Positions 1-12,027 are shown, counted from the first letter of the stretch. The stretch: 64,000 nt of DNA from Malacoraja senta (GCA_038087875.1 CM075995.1:7814001-7878000), one strand, 5' to 3'. Made by a program: numbers and translations. Notes: a model not told the origin generated them from the sequence alone.

Positions 1-1
1 T

Positions 2-322
2 GGGCGGCAAAGTGGCGCAGCGGTAGAGTTGCTGCCTTACAGCGCCAGAGTCCCGGGTTTGATCCAGACTACGGGTGCTGTCTGTACGGAGGTTGTACGT
101 TCTCCCCGTGACCGCGTGAGTTTTCTCCGAGATCTTCGGTTTCCTCCCGCACTCCAAAGACGTACAGGTTAGTAGGTTAATTGGCTTGGTATAAATGTAA
201 TTTGTCCCATAGTGTGTGTGTGTGTGTGTGTGTAGGGTAGTGTTAATGTTTGGGGATCGCTGGTCGGTGTGGACTCGATTGGCCGAAGGGCCTGTTCCCA
301 CACTGTATCTCTAAACTAAAAA
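2..322 (+). mobile_element. tRNA-derived V-SINE (HE1-like elasmobranch SINE)
   Basis: A-box TGGCGCAGCGG, B-box-like GGTTTGATCC, V-domain-type 'gtacgttctccccgtg...ggtttcctccc', tail 'ggccgaagggcctgtt...tatctctaaactaaa' shared with CR1 3' ends. Many near-identical copies in the window. Confidence 0.85.
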
Positions 323-406
323 CAAGAAATAAATTAGTTTTGAGAAATAATTTAGGACTAATTGTTGAATGATAAACTGTGATTTTTTTTTAATCATTTG
401 TGAAAT

Positions 407-469
407 GAACTACAAAATTGTAATAGTGAAAAGCAGAGGAACTACAAAATTGTGATAGTGAAAAGCAGA
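407..469 (+). repeat. Tandem duplication of a 32-bp unit
   Basis: gaactacaaaattgt(a/g)atagtgaaaagcaga occurs at 407 and 439. Confidence 0.9.
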
Positions 470-1181
470 CAACAAGGCATCATAATCCTAAATTCATCAC
501 GAACATTGGAACAATGTCAAAAAAATAATCCAAGATGGCGTCCAATGAAGAAGCAGATCAACAATCAGATTACAATCGCTCCACCCATTACACTGTAAAT
601 GGCTCGATTGTAATCACGTATTGTCTTTCTGCCGACTCTATAGCACGCAACAAAAAGCTTTTCACTGTACACCTGACTAAACTGAAAGAGGCAACTTTGC
701 AGCAGGTTTGACCGAATAAACTGTACTTCTCACCCTCCTATTCATGTTTCAAACCAACTTTAAGAAACTGCAAAGGCAGGAACTTTGTAAATTGGGCAGA
801 GCAAAAGTCACAGTGTTATAGACATTAAATTCATCCTCCAACACATATAGCAAAGCTCATCGTGAACCTGTGCTTAATACCAATATATCCCTTTCTACCT
901 GAATGCAAGTTTACATGTCCTTTTGCAAACCGCACTGCATCCATGTAAAGTGGCTGTAAATAAACACAATAACATTTTTGGCTTTAAGCAGGATTTCGAG
1001 TTAAACCTTTGTATTTAGATTCATCTTGATCTCGAGCTTCCAGCCACAATGAATCATGACCAGTATGGCACAAGAAGCATCCCCTAAAGCAAAATGCCAT
1101 GAACTATTTGATTGTCTTCCAGTAAAGATGAGTCCATGTATTTGTACCCTATGACCAAGGTGGACATTCATGTCAAAACTA

Positions 1182-1365
1182 AAGATAGACACAAAATGCC
1201 GCAGTAACTCAGCTGGACGGGCAGCATCTCTGGAGAGAAGGAATGAGCGGGTGACGTCTCGAGTCGAGACCCTTCTTCAGAGTGGAGAACGGAGCAGTGT
1301 CTCGACCTGAAATGTCACCCATTCCTTCTAGTTACTCCAGCATTGTGTGTCCATCTTCGGTGTAC
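1182..1365. mobile_element. Short Penelope-terminus-derived repeat, partial foldback
   Basis: aagatagacacaaaatg...gcagcatctctggagagaagg...gagacccttcttcag followed by a partial reverse-complement copy; same sequence as the end of the GIY-YIG-bearing element at 62492-62902. Confidence 0.7.
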
Positions 1366-1469
1366 AACTTCACCAATGGAGTCTGGACAAAGTTTACACA
1401 ATAATCTACAGTATCACTGTCAAAGTCATTCATTTTCAGGATTTGGAAGGATGGACAGTTATATTCCAA

Positions 1470-1672
1470 AGATAGACACAAAATGCTGGAGTAAGTCAGC
1501 GGGACAGGCAGCATCTCTGGAGAGAAGGGATGGATGAAGTTTCGGGTCAAGACCCTTCTTCAAAAACATCACCCATTCTTTCTCTCCAGAGATGCTGCCT
1601 GTCCCGCTGAGTTACGCCAGCATTTTGTGTCTTACCTTCAGTGTAAACGAGCATAGGCAGTTCCCTCCTACG
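1470..1672. mobile_element. Short Penelope-terminus-derived repeat forming an inverted repeat in the adnp2 3' UTR
   Basis: Arms 1474-1537 and 1569-1632 are reverse complements with few mismatches. Confidence 0.8.
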
Positions 1673-1682
1673 CACGCCATAA

Positions 1683-4373
1683 CTAACTTCTATTCGACTT
1701 TCTGCTTGTTCCCCCAAAATCAAATCTGAGCCCGTGCTTTACTTTCTTCAGTTCCGACATGTTGAATCCCAAAAGCACAAAAGGTTTGTCCTTCATTGCT
1801 TTCAAGCACGACCCCTGTTTTGTGTCAAAGACGAGGGCAACGTCGTTCTTCTTCAGGGACAGGACTGAAGATAACACCTCGATCTCCTTATTGCTCGGGT
1901 AAGGTTGCTTGTGAAAGTAGTCGTTGAGGAACAGCTTTCGTTCTTTGTTGGGGCGATGGCCAAATCCTTTCGGGACTAGCGCCAGCACAGTAGATGGATC
2001 CGATGAGGGCAAGGAGTGTGAAGCATTCGCCGTGTTACTCCGTGCTAAAGGAGAGACTTTAGAATAGGCAGCGGCTACATCAGTCTTTAATCGTTTTGAA
2101 GCCGGTGGCGCTAAATTTTTCCCGTCGCCATTTGAAACCAGTTCAGTCCCCAATTCGCCAATTTCTGAAATCGCACGCTTTGACAGTCCAGTGTCTTTTG
2201 GCAAAGTAACACTTTGCATTTTATTAAGGCCCCTGCAGCGAAATAGATGGAGAGAGATTGTTGATGCCGCCATGTGGTCTGTGTACACGCCGTGACAGTA
2301 AATGCACTTAAACGAGGGTATCTTCAGTAGCGGATGAAGAATAGGTGCCACGTGATGTTTCTCGTGCAAATGCTTTTCGTATTTCGAACCCCGAAAGTGA
2401 TTCCAACAGAAAGGACACTCTGAGCTTGGTGGCCCCGGGGTTACAGCCTCTGCAATGATGGCTCCCTCCTCTGCCTTGTGCCTGCACACCTCAATTACGA
2501 AAGGCGCGTGAGGAGAGGACATTTTGCTTGGAATGAGGGTCAGGTGGATGTCGTTGGGACCCATTTCATCTTCTGGCAACGTGATAGTCAAGTTAAAGCC
2601 GCCTTCGTTGATTTGTTTGGAGGCCGAGGCTCCGTCTTTGCCGTTTTCCACCACTTCGAACCTGAGCCCGGCGTGCGAGGACTTTGTGTGCGCGGAAAAC
2701 TTGGCCAGGTCGTGGAAGGTCTGCGAGCAGAACAAGCAGGTCAGGCCGTGCATGAGCAGATGGCAAAACAGGAGGTTTTCGTGCACGTAGCACTCACAGA
2801 ACAGACACTTGCAGATGTGGGCGCCGGCCCTCTGTAGGTAGTTGGCGCAGGCCACGATCTTGTCAGGCTTGTTGTTGCTGTTGGCCCTGTGCGCGGTGGC
2901 GATGTGGTTGTCGTAGGCGCTGAGCGGCAACAGCGAGCTGCAGAGGGAGCAGCTCTTCCACTGTTGGGCTCTGGGGACGGGGGGCGCCGGCGGCAGATTT
3001 AGAGCAACCGCGAGCATCGACTGCGCCGGTTCCCGCTCCACGGCGGCAACTGCGATCGCCGACGGCTCTTCGCGTGGTTGTCGGGGAACAGACGGCGCTT
3101 TACAATTCGCCCGGTCGATATGAAGTGGCACTTGCATGGCGGAGAGCACGCCCGGCTTGTTGTTGCTGGTCGCAGTGGAAGCAACAGGCAAGGAGAACTG
3201 AACTGGAGTTAGGGTGTAGGCAGGTAAGCCGTTGACGTCTTTCCTGCTCTGAATTAGATGCTTGACCGTCGGCAAATTGGCTGAAGGGCCATTCCCTGGA
3301 ATACTGGGCCTCGCCGCCCGGTCAATGGTCAATCCCTGCGACATGAGGAACGCCCGAGGGAGCACCGGACCCCCCCCTCTGATAGCAAGGTTGCTCTGGC
3401 CCATCTGGAAGGTGGCAGGCACCAGGTTAACCTGGCCTGGCTTTGGGAGTCCGCCAGAGCTGGTCACTGGGATCAGACTGCTCGGCAGAGCCTGGAAAGC
3501 GTTCAACGCCGGAGTCATTGAGCCCAAAGACACCGGACTGAAATTCGGAGGGAGCGCCAACACTTTCAGCGACCGCTGTGCAGGCACCGGTGCCGCGCTG
3601 GAGATCACCGGGAGAGACGGCGTGGTGTTCGCCGTTGAGGCGGCCTGCTTCACGCACGCGAGCACCGGGCCTTTCAGTCTGATGCTAAGAGCCGACCCGG
3701 CGGCCCGAGGTCCGGAGAGCATTTGCCCAGCTAGCCTGATGCTGCACGGCGACAGCGCGGAGGTCTTGCTTGTCTGGGGCTTGGGAGCGATGTGGGGCCT
3801 GGGTTTCAGCTCCGATACGTGTCCAACCATTGCCTTGACTGGCCCGTCCACTTCTTTGTGCTTTTCCAGAACGTGATAGAGCAAAGCATCGTGGGTGGCC
3901 ATTTTCACGTGGCATCCTTTGCAAAAATAGTTGTACACCAAGAGATCTACCTGGTCCACGATCTGACCGGTGTAGTTGTTGACGAAGCTGCCAAAATGGG
4001 ACAGAAAGACATGTTTCTTTATGCCGTACACAGAGACATCTTTGTAGGAACATACCCTGCAATAGTAAACTGGCTTGACTAGATTTGACATTTTGCCCTG
4101 GTACGTCTTGGTTTGTGTCTGCCGCCCTACTTGATCGGCATTGTCGTGGTTGGCAGCGCCGTGCGCTCTCCGACTATCAGCATGGAATATTCTGCCGTGC
4201 TTCTTCACCAGCTTGGGGTGTGCGGTAAATGTGCAGTTAGGGCAGCCGACCAACATCTCCATATCCATCTCATCTTCGTGATAACAGCGCATGTGACTCT
4301 TATAAGCGTTAATAAACTTTGTAGAGAAGTCACACAGGCTACAGCAAAATGGTTTCGTTCGGTAGGGGTGGAC
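1683..4373 (-). CDS. adnp2: ADNP homeobox protein 2, last coding exon (897 codons including TAG)
   Basis: Acceptor ttttggttgcag|GTC at 4375-4374, phase 0. Encodes YRTKPFCCSLCDFSTK...HEDEMDMEMLVGCPNC, further C2H2 fingers (e.g. FKCIYCHGVY...ISLHLFRCR), homeodomain KERKLFLNDYFHKQPYPSNKEIE and PFVLLGFNMSELKKVKH, then ends. The short C-terminus and HEDE..E..CPNC fit ADNP2 rather than ADNP. Confidence 0.93.
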   Translation of the reverse strand, partial: VHPYRTKPFCCSLCDFSTKFINAYKSHMRCYHEDEMDMEMLVGCPNCTFTAHPKLVKKHGRIFHADSRRAHGAANHDNADQVGRQTQTKTYQGKMSNLVKPVYYCRVCSYKDVSVYGIKKHVFLSHFGSFVNNYTGQIVDQVDLLVYNYFCKGCHVKMATHDALLYHVLEKHKEVDGPVKAMVGHVSELKPRPHIAPKPQTSKTSALSPCSIRLAGQMLSGPRAAGSALSIRLKGPVLACVKQAASTANTTPSLPVISSAAPVPAQRSLKVLALPPNFSPVSLGSMTPALNAFQALPSSLIPVTSSGGLPKPGQVNLVPATFQMGQSNLAIRGGGPVLPRAFLMSQGLTIDRAARPSIPGNGPSANLPTVKHLIQSRKDVNGLPAYTLTPVQFSLPVASTATSNNKPGVLSAMQVPLHIDRANCKAPSVPRQPREEPSAIAVAAVEREPAQSMLAVALNLPPAPPVPRAQQWKSCSLCSSLLPLSAYDNHIATAHRANSNNKPDKIVACANYLQRAGAHICKCLFCECYVHENLLFCHLLMHGLTCLFCSQTFHDLAKFSAHTKSSHAGLRFEVVENGKDGASASKQINEGGFNLTITLPEDEMGPNDIHLTLIPSKMSSPHAPFVIEVCRHKAEEGAIIAEAVTPGPPSSECPFCWNHFRGSKYEKHLHEKHHVAPILHPLLKIPSFKCIYCHGVYTDHMAASTISLHLFRCRGLNKMQSVTLPKDTGLSKRAISEIGELGTELVSNGDGKNLAPPASKRLKTDVAAAYSKVSPLARSNTANASHSLPSSDPSTVLALVPKGFGHRPNKERKLFLNDYFHKQPYPSNKEIEVLSSVLSLKKNDVALVFDTKQGSCLKAMKDKPFVLLGFNMSELKKVKHGLRFDFGGTSRKSNRS

Positions 4374-4469
4374 CTGCAACCAAAATAAAATGCAACAGAA
4401 TAGTTTTACATGGAGCACATTTCGTGAGCTTCTCCCCATCAGCCATCAGGCTATTAAACACTACAACCT

Positions 4470-4907
4470 ATGGTGAGAGTTTGTCAGCACTGGGCCTGTA
4501 CTCGCTGGAGTTTAGAAGGATGAGAGCGAGACCTCATTGAAACGTACAGAATAGTGAAAGGCTTGGATAGAGTGGATGTGGAGAGGATGTTTCCACTGGT
4601 GGGAGAGTCTACGACCAGAGGTTACAGCCTCAGAATTAACGGACGTTCCTTTAGGAAGGAGATGAAGGGGAATTTCTTTAGACAGAGGGTGGTGAATCTG
4701 CGGAATACATTGCCACAGAAGGCTGTGGAAGCCGTCAATGGATATTTTTAAGGCAGAGATAGATAGATTCTTGATTAGTACGGGTGGCAGGGGTTATGGG
4801 AAGGCAGGAGAATGGGGTTGAGAGGGAAAGATAGATCAGCCATGATTGAATGGCAGAGTAGACTTGATGGGCCGAATGGCAAAATTCATCTCCTGTCACT
4901 TATGACT
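4470..4907 (+). mobile_element. CR1 LINE 3' fragment
   Basis: LGLYSLEFRRMR...RVVNL motif and typical 3' UTR ending 'cacttatgac'. Confidence 0.85.
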
Positions 4908-4967
4908 TCAAATAAGCACTGTACTACATAGACTATTAGTTATTATTGCACTATTACTGTTTGTTTT

Positions 4968-4987
4968 ATATATGTGTGTGTGTGTGA

Positions 4988-5020
<33 letters not shown>

Positions 5021-5050
5021 GGTGTGTGTATATGTGTGTGCGCGCGTCTA

Positions 5051-5084
<34 letters not shown>

Positions 5085-5092
5085 CACACACA

Positions 5093-5131
<39 letters not shown>

Positions 5132-5133
5132 GC
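4968..5133. repeat. Compound (TG)n/(TA)n microsatellite
   Basis: Alternating TG and TA runs are visible. Confidence 0.95.
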
Positions 5134-5164
5134 ATACTAAACTTTTTTTCACATTTATTACTTG

Positions 5165-6535
5165 TCTAATTGTTTCTTAAACATTACAATAGTCCCTGCC
5201 TCAAATACCTCCTCCGGAGGCTCGTTCCATTCACCCACCACACTCTGTGCGAAAAAGTGACCCCTCAGATTACTATCAAATCTGTCCCCCCCTTACCTTA
5301 CCTTAAAGCCTATGTCTTCTGGTTCTTGATTCCCCCACTCTGGGCAAGAGACTGTGTGCGTTTACCCAATCTATTCCCCTCATGCTTTTATACACCTCTG
5401 TAAGACATGTTTGAAGTGAAGCATTTTGGGAGGTCAAATTGAAGAGGAATAGGTTTAGAGGGGATTCGGACAGGCTTGGGATAGGACAGGTTTAGGTGGA
5501 CAGGGGTCAAACACAGGCAGGTGGGGCTAATGTAGATGGTTTGCGTGGGCAAGTTGGGCCGAAGGGCCTGTTTCCATGCTGTATGAATTTCGGAAAGTAC
5601 ACAGTAAATGGCAGGATTCTTCAGAACACTGTTGTACAAGGACTTGGAGCGCAAGTCCACAGCTCTCTGAAAGCAGTATCACAAGTGGGTCGAGTGGTAA
5701 CAGTGGTACATGGCATGCTTACTTTCATCAGTCAAACCATTGGGTATAAAAATCGGCAAGTCATGTTGCAGCTGTATAAAAGTTTGGTTAGGCCACATTT
5801 GGAGTGTTGTGTGTAGTGTTGGTCACCATACAACAAGGAAGGGTAAGGAGGCTTTAAAGAGGTGCAGAAGGGATTCACCAAGACATTGCCTGTATTGGAG
5901 TGTATCAGCAATAGTTTCTGTTCATAAATAATAGGTGCAGAATTAGCCCATTCAGCCCATCAAGTCCACCGCCATTCAATCATGGCTGATCCATCTTCCC
6001 CTCTAAACCCCATTCTCCCCATAACCCCTGAAACCCGCACTAATCAAGAATCTGTCAAGCTCCGCCTTAAAAATATCCGTTGACTTGGCCTCCACAGCCG
6101 TCTATGGCAATGAATTCCACAGATTCACCACCCACTGACTCAAGTCATTGCTCCTCGTCTCCTTCAGGACAGGTTGGTCGAAAGATTGTTTTCTCTCGCA
6201 TGCCATGGGCTGAGAAGTATATACTTGTGAGAGACAGAGCAGGCAGTGTCTCTATATCAGCGTGGAAATTTTAAGACACTGGAGGGCATATGTTTAAGGT
6301 GAGAAGTGGAATGTTGAAAAGTAGACATGCGAGGCAAGTTTATTTAGGGGTAGATGTCTGAACCTCTCTGCCGGGGAGAAGGTGGGAACAGATACGACAG
6401 TAGCATTTCAGGGGCATTTGGACTGACACAGGATGGAGGGAGCACCATGTGCAGGCAGATGGGATTAGTTAGATTGGAATCATGGTTTGCACAGGCACAG
6501 TCAGCCATGGGCCCTGTTCCTGTGCTGTACTGTTA
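5165..6535. mobile_element. Cluster of degraded CR1 fragments on both strands
   Basis: LYKSLVRPHLECCV motif (5760-5815, +) and CR1 3' UTR pieces in both orientations. Confidence 0.7.
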
Positions 6536-6565
6536 ACAGAGCAATTGTTCACATCACGCAATGAA

Positions 6566-6870
6566 TCGGGATGGCACTGCGGTAGAGTTGCTGCCTTACA
6601 GCACCAGAGACCAGAGTTCGATCCCGACTACGGATGCTGTCTGTACGGAGTTGGTACGTTCTCTCTGTGTCTGCGTGGGTTTTCTACGAGATCTTCAGTT
6701 TCCTCCCACGCTCCAAAGGCGTACAGGTTTGTGGGTTAATCGGCTTGGTATCAATGTAAATTGTCCCGAGTGTGCATAGGATAGTGTTAACGTGCAGGGG
6801 TCGCTGGTCGGTACGGACTCAGTGGGCCGCAGGGCCTGTTTCCGTGCTGCATCTCCAAAAGTAAAATTAA
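6566..6870 (+). mobile_element. HE1-like V-SINE
   Basis: Same head, V-domain and tail as the copy at 2-322; B-box AGTTCGATCC. Confidence 0.85.
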
Positions 6871-6947
6871 GAATACTCTACCACAGGTCTCCCATTTATT
6901 TCTCTGGACGTGAATTATTCATAAATAGTAACTTTGAGAAGCATGGA

Positions 6948-9077
6948 ATTTAGTTTAGTTTAGCAATACAGTGCGGAAACAGGCACTTCAGCCGACTGAG
7001 TCCGCACTGATCAGCGATCCCCGCACATTTACCCTACCCTACACATACTAGGCACAATTTACACATACACCAAGCCAATTAACCTACAAACCTGTACGTC
7101 TTTGGAGTACGGGATAAAACCCAAAATCTTGGAGAAAACCCACGTAGGTCACATAGAAAATAGGTGCAGGAGGAGGCCATTCGGCCTTTCGAGCCAGCAC
7201 CGCCATTCATTGTGATCATCCCTCATCGTCCCCAATCAATAACCCGTGCCTGCCTTCTCCCCATATCCCTTGACTCCACTAGCCCCTAGAGCTCTATCTA
7301 ACTCTCTCTTAAATCCATCCAGTGATTTGGCCTGCACTGCCCTCTGTGGCAGGGAATTCCACAAATTCACAACTCTGGGTGAAAAAGGTTTTTCTCACCC
7401 CAGTCATAAATGGCCTCCCCTTTATTCTAAGACTGTGGCCCCTGGTTCTGGACTCTCCCAACATTGGGAACGTTTTTCCTCCATCTAGCTTGTCCAGCCC
7501 TTTTATAATTTTATATGTTTCTATAAGATCCCCCTCATCCTTCTAAACTCCAGTGAATACAAGCCTAGTCTTTTCAATCTTTCCTCATATGACAGTCCCG
7601 CCATCCCAGGGATCAATCTCGTGAACCTACACTGCACTGCCTCAATCACAAGGATGTCCTTCCTCAAATTAGGAGACCAAAACTGTACACAATACTCCAG
7701 ATGTGGTCTTACCAGAGCCCGATACAACTGCAGAAGAACCTCTTTACTCCTATACTGAAATGCTTTTGTTATGAAGGCCAACATTCCATTAGCTTTCTTC
7801 ACTGCCTGCTGTACCTGCACGCTAACTTTCAGTGACTGGTGTACAAGGACACCCAGGTCTCGCTGTACCTCCCCCTTACCTAACCTAACCTAACCCCATT
7901 GAGATAATAATCTGCCCCCTTGTTTTTGCCACCAAAGTGGATAACCTCATATTTATCTATATTATACTGCATCTGCCACGCATCTGCCCACTCACTCAAC
8001 CTGTCCAGGTCACCCTGCAACCTCCTAACATCCTCTTCACAGCTCACACTGCCACCCAGCTTTGTGTCATCCGCAAACTTGCTAGTGTTGCTCCTAATTC
8101 CCTCTTCCAAATCATTAATATATATGGTAAACAGTTGCGGCCCCAACACCGAGCCTTACGGCACTCCATTCGCCACTGCCTGTCATTATGAAAAGGACCC
8201 GTTCACTCCTACTCTTTGCTTCCTGTCTGCAAACAAATTTTCTATCCACGTCAACACCCTACCCCCAATACCATGTGCTCAAATTTTAGTCACCAGTCTC
8301 CCGTGCGGGACCTTATCAAAGGCTTTCTGAAAGTCTAGATACACTACATCCACTGGCTCCCCTTCATCCATTTTACTTGTCACATCCTCAAAATATTCCA
8401 GAAGATTAGTCAAGCATGATTTTCCTTTCATAAATCCATGCTGACTTGGACTAATCATTTTACTGCTATCCATGTGCCCCATTATTACCTCTTTAATAAT
8501 TGACTCCAGCATCTTTCCCACCGAAGTCAGGCTAACTGGTCTGTAATTCCCCGTTTTCTCTCTCGCTCCTTTCTTGAAAAGTGGGATAACATTAGCTATC
8601 CTCCAGTCCACAGGAACTGATCCTGAATCTATTGAACGTTGGAAAATGATCACCAATGCATCCACTATTTCTAGAGCTACCTCCCTGATGACCCTGGGAT
8701 GCAGACCATCAGGCCCAGGGGATTTATCATCATTCAGTCCCAATCGCCTACCCAATACTATTTCTCGACTAATGACAATTTCTTTCAGTTCCTCTACCCC
8801 CTTAGATCCTCTGTCCTCCAGTACTTCTGGGAGATTGTTTGTATCTTCCTTAGTGAAGACATATCCGAAGTACCTGTTCAACTCTTCTGCCATTTCCTTG
8901 TTCCCCATAATAATTTCACCTGTGTCTGCCTTCAAGGGACCCACATTTGACTTTGCTATTCTTTTTCCACTGGGAGAACGTACAAACGCCGTACAGATAG
9001 CACCCATGGTTGGGATTGAACCCGGGTCTCTGGCGCTGTAAGGCAGCAACTCTACCGCTGCGCCACCACGCCGCCCT
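6948..9077 (-). mobile_element. HE1-like SINE (6948-7152 + 8971-9077) split by a ~1.8-kb 5'-truncated CR1 (7153-8970)
   Basis: SINE sequence resumes on the far side of the CR1. CR1 RT motifs KSPGPDGLHP, NYRPVSLTS, YLDFQKAFD and FADDTKL appear in broken frames. Confidence 0.88.
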
Positions 9078-9869
9078 AATTGGCTTGGTAGAAATGTAAA
9101 TTGTCCCTAGCGTGTGTAGGATAGTGTTAATGTGCAAGGATCGTTAGTCGATGCGGACTCGGTGGGCCGAAGGACCCGTTTTCCCGCTGTATCTCTAAAC
9201 TAAAACTAAAAATACTCTACCATTTCTCTGCACAGGATTTTTTCGTAAATAGCAACGTTGAGAAGCTTTCTACGCCATGGAGTTTTTTTTGAGTTATTGA
9301 GAACTATTTTCACAGAGTTTAAGCTGCAGTGTTAAAATTTTAAAAGATGGCGTATCCTACAATTAGTCTGTCATGATAAGTACTATTTACAGGTGTATCA
9401 GCCAAGAGAAATTACTTTAGTGACTGACTATTTACAAAGTTTAACTTTTCAAAGCAGCTTACAACTTGTATTATATACACACACACACACACAATGTAGC
9501 ACAAAGTGCTTTAATCCACAAAGCGCACAAATTGGATGCGCAGAAGATATTTCTAGGACTAGAGGACTATCGCCTCAGAATTAAAGGATGACCTTTAGGA
9601 AGGAGATGAGGAGGAATTTCTTTAGTCAGAGGGTGGTGAATCTGTGGAACTCTTTGCCACAGAAGGCTGTGGCCAAGTCAATGGCAGAGATAGTAAGGGT
9701 GTCAGGGGTTATGGGGAGGAGGCAGGAGAATGGGATTAGGAGAGAGACTATGATTGAATGGCAGAGGACACTTGATGGGACAAATGGCCTTATTCTGCTC
9801 CTATCTCTTATAACATGACTAATCCAGCACCCATCGTATGCATAAATGTAATTTTAAGCATCAAGTTAC

Positions 9870-9959
9870 CTTAGACTTTTTGTTTGAGTGCCACTTTGAA
9901 AGGTCAGACCATGTTGTGTTTTTCACGTAGTAATCTCCTGGACTATAACTTTTAAATTC
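9870..9959 (-). CDS. adnp2: adnp2 second coding exon (90 nt, EFKSYSPGDYYVKNTTWSDLSKWHSNKKSK)
   Basis: Acceptor tttctactttcag| (9961-9960), donor AAG|gtaact, phase 0/0. Matches the ADNP-family F..F.P.D.Y.KNTTW.D segment. Not in the ORF track. Confidence 0.92.
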
Positions 9960-10261
9960 CTGAAAGTAGAAAAGCATTTTTACTATATATGTTATATATA
10001 GAAGGCAGATTAGTAATCAGCAGTTATGAACATTATGAAGAGAATCTTCAAACAGTACATCAAACTGATGAGGCTACAAAATGTTGCTAACTCAGCAGGT
10101 CAGGCAGCATCTATGGAGCAACAAAGAACTGCAGATGCAGGTCTATACCAAAGATGGACACAACGTTCTGGAGTACCTCAGGCAGTATCTCTGGAGAAAA
10201 AGGATAGGTGATGTTTCAGGTCCAGACCCTTCTTCAGACAGCTTTAAATAAAAATAAAGGC

Positions 10262-10494
10262 CAGATGAATTTGGCTGCCTGCCCCTTTTCCGGGGTTACG
10301 TCCGCGCCCGGGTGGTACGAGAGAGGAACTACGCGCTGTCCACGGGCACCCTGGGGGATTTCTGGGACCGCTGGGCACCACGGGGGAGGTGGAATGTATC
10401 CTTAATAAGTATGCGGAAAATAGTTCTTTAAGGAAAATTTGTTTTACTTATATTGTGGTGGTGGGCTTGTTTTGAATAATTTTGTAATGCAAAT
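10262..10494 (+). mobile_element. Tx1-clade LINE 3' end
   Basis: From 10276 translates CLPLFRGYVRARVVRERNYALSTGTLGDFWDRWAPRG/VECILNK, which resembles Tx1-type ORF2 C-termini as I recall them, followed by a T-rich 3' UTR. Confidence 0.65.
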
Positions 10495-12027
10495 AGAAAC
10501 ATAGAAAATAGATGCAGGAGTAGGCCATTCGGCCCTTCAAGCCAGCACCGCCAATCAATATGATCATGGCTAATCATCCAAAATCAGTACCCCATTCCTG
10601 CTTACTCCCCATATCACATGATTAAGAGCCAAATCTCTCTCTTGAAAACATCCAGTGAATTGATGATAATAAAATGGGTGGTTTTGCAGATAGTGAAGAT
10701 GGTTGTGAAAGATTGCAGTCGGATCTGGATCGATTGGCCAGGTGCGCTGAGGAATAGGTGATGGAATTTAGTACAGCAAAGTTTGAGACGTTGCATTTTG
10801 GGATGTCGTACAAGGGTAGGACCTACAAAGTGAATGGTAGACCGCTGGGGAGTGTGGTGGAGCAGAGGGATCTAGGAGTACAAGTGCATGGTTCCTTGAA
10901 GGTCGAGTCGCTGGTAGATAAGGTGGTCAAAAAGGCTTTTGGCACTTTGGCCTTCATCAGTCAGAGTATAGAGTAAGGGTTCAGAGACGATTTACGAGGA
11001 AGTTGCCAGGACTAGAGGGTGTGAGCAATAGGAGAGGTTGAGTAGGCTGGGTCTCTATGCCTTGGAGCACAGGAGGATGAGGGGTGATCTTATAGAGGTG
11101 TACAAAATTATGAGAGGAATAGATCGGATAGATGCAGAGTCTCTCGCCAAGATTAGAGGAATCAAGGACCAGAGGACATAGGTTCAAGGTGATGGGGAAA
11201 AGATTTAATAGGAATCTGAGGGATAATATTTTCACACAGAGGTTGGTGGGTGTGTGGAAAAAGCTGCCAGAGAAGGTAGTTGAGGCAGGGACTATCCCAA
11301 CGTTTAAGAAACAGTTAGACAGTTACATGGATAGGACTGGTTTGGAGGGATATGGACCAAGCGCAGGCAGGTGGGACTAGTGTAGCTGGGACATGTTAGC
11401 CGGTGTGGGCAAGTTGGGCTGAAGGGCCTGTTTCCACACTGTATCACTCTATGACTATTTCACTCTAATTGGTATTCACTGCCTTCTGTGGCAGAGAATT
11501 CCAGATTCACAACTCTCTGGGTGAAATAGTTTTTTCTCAACTCAGTCTAAATGGTCTACCCCTTATTCTTAAACTGTGACCCCTGGTTCTGGACTCCCCC
11601 AACATTGGAAACATTTTTCCTACATCTAGTCTGTCCAAACCAATATGTTTGAAACATATAAGATTGTTAAGGGCTTGGACACGCTAGAGGCAGGAAACAT
11701 GTTCCCGATGTTGGGGAAGTCCAGAACCAGGGGCCACAGTTTAAGAATAAGGAGTAAGCCATTTAGAACGGAGACGAGGAAACACTTTTTCTCACAGAGA
11801 GTGGTGAGTCTGTGGAATTCTCTGCCTCAGAGGGCGGTGGAGGCAGGTTCTCCGGATGCTTTCAATCGAGAGCTAGATAGGGCTCTTTAAAATAGCGGAG
11901 TCAGGGGATATGGGGAGAAGGCAGGAACGGGGTACTGATTGGGGATGATCAGCCATGATCACATTGAATGGCGGTGCTGGCTTGAAGGGCCGAATGGCCT
12001 ACTCCTGCATTTATTTTCTATGTTTCT
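10495..12027. mobile_element. Four CR1 fragments: 10495-10660 (-), 10660-11455 (+), 11460-11640 (-), 11645-12027 (+)
   Basis: CR1 ORF2 C-terminal motifs (RDLGVQVH, RTRGH, RVVSLWNSLP) and tails (ttctatg)n and (ctatgact). Confidence 0.85.

Noticed and set aside
2..80. tRNA genes at SINE heads (also 49356-49430)
   Set aside because: A and B boxes run straight into SINE bodies and tails, with no acceptor stem closure.
531..540. YY1-type AAGATGGCG motif (also near 9344)
   Set aside because: Isolated short matches without promoter context.
2478..4388. Overlapping plus-strand and alternate-frame ORFs, up to 204 aa
   Set aside because: Shadows of a GC-rich coding exon with no recognisable domains.
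4374..4439. N-terminal 22 aa of the 918-aa ORF (MGRSSRNVLHVKLFCCILFWLQ) as the protein start
   Set aside because: It reads through a polypyrimidine tract and AG acceptor; the real N-terminus comes from exons 14590-14697 and 9870-9959.
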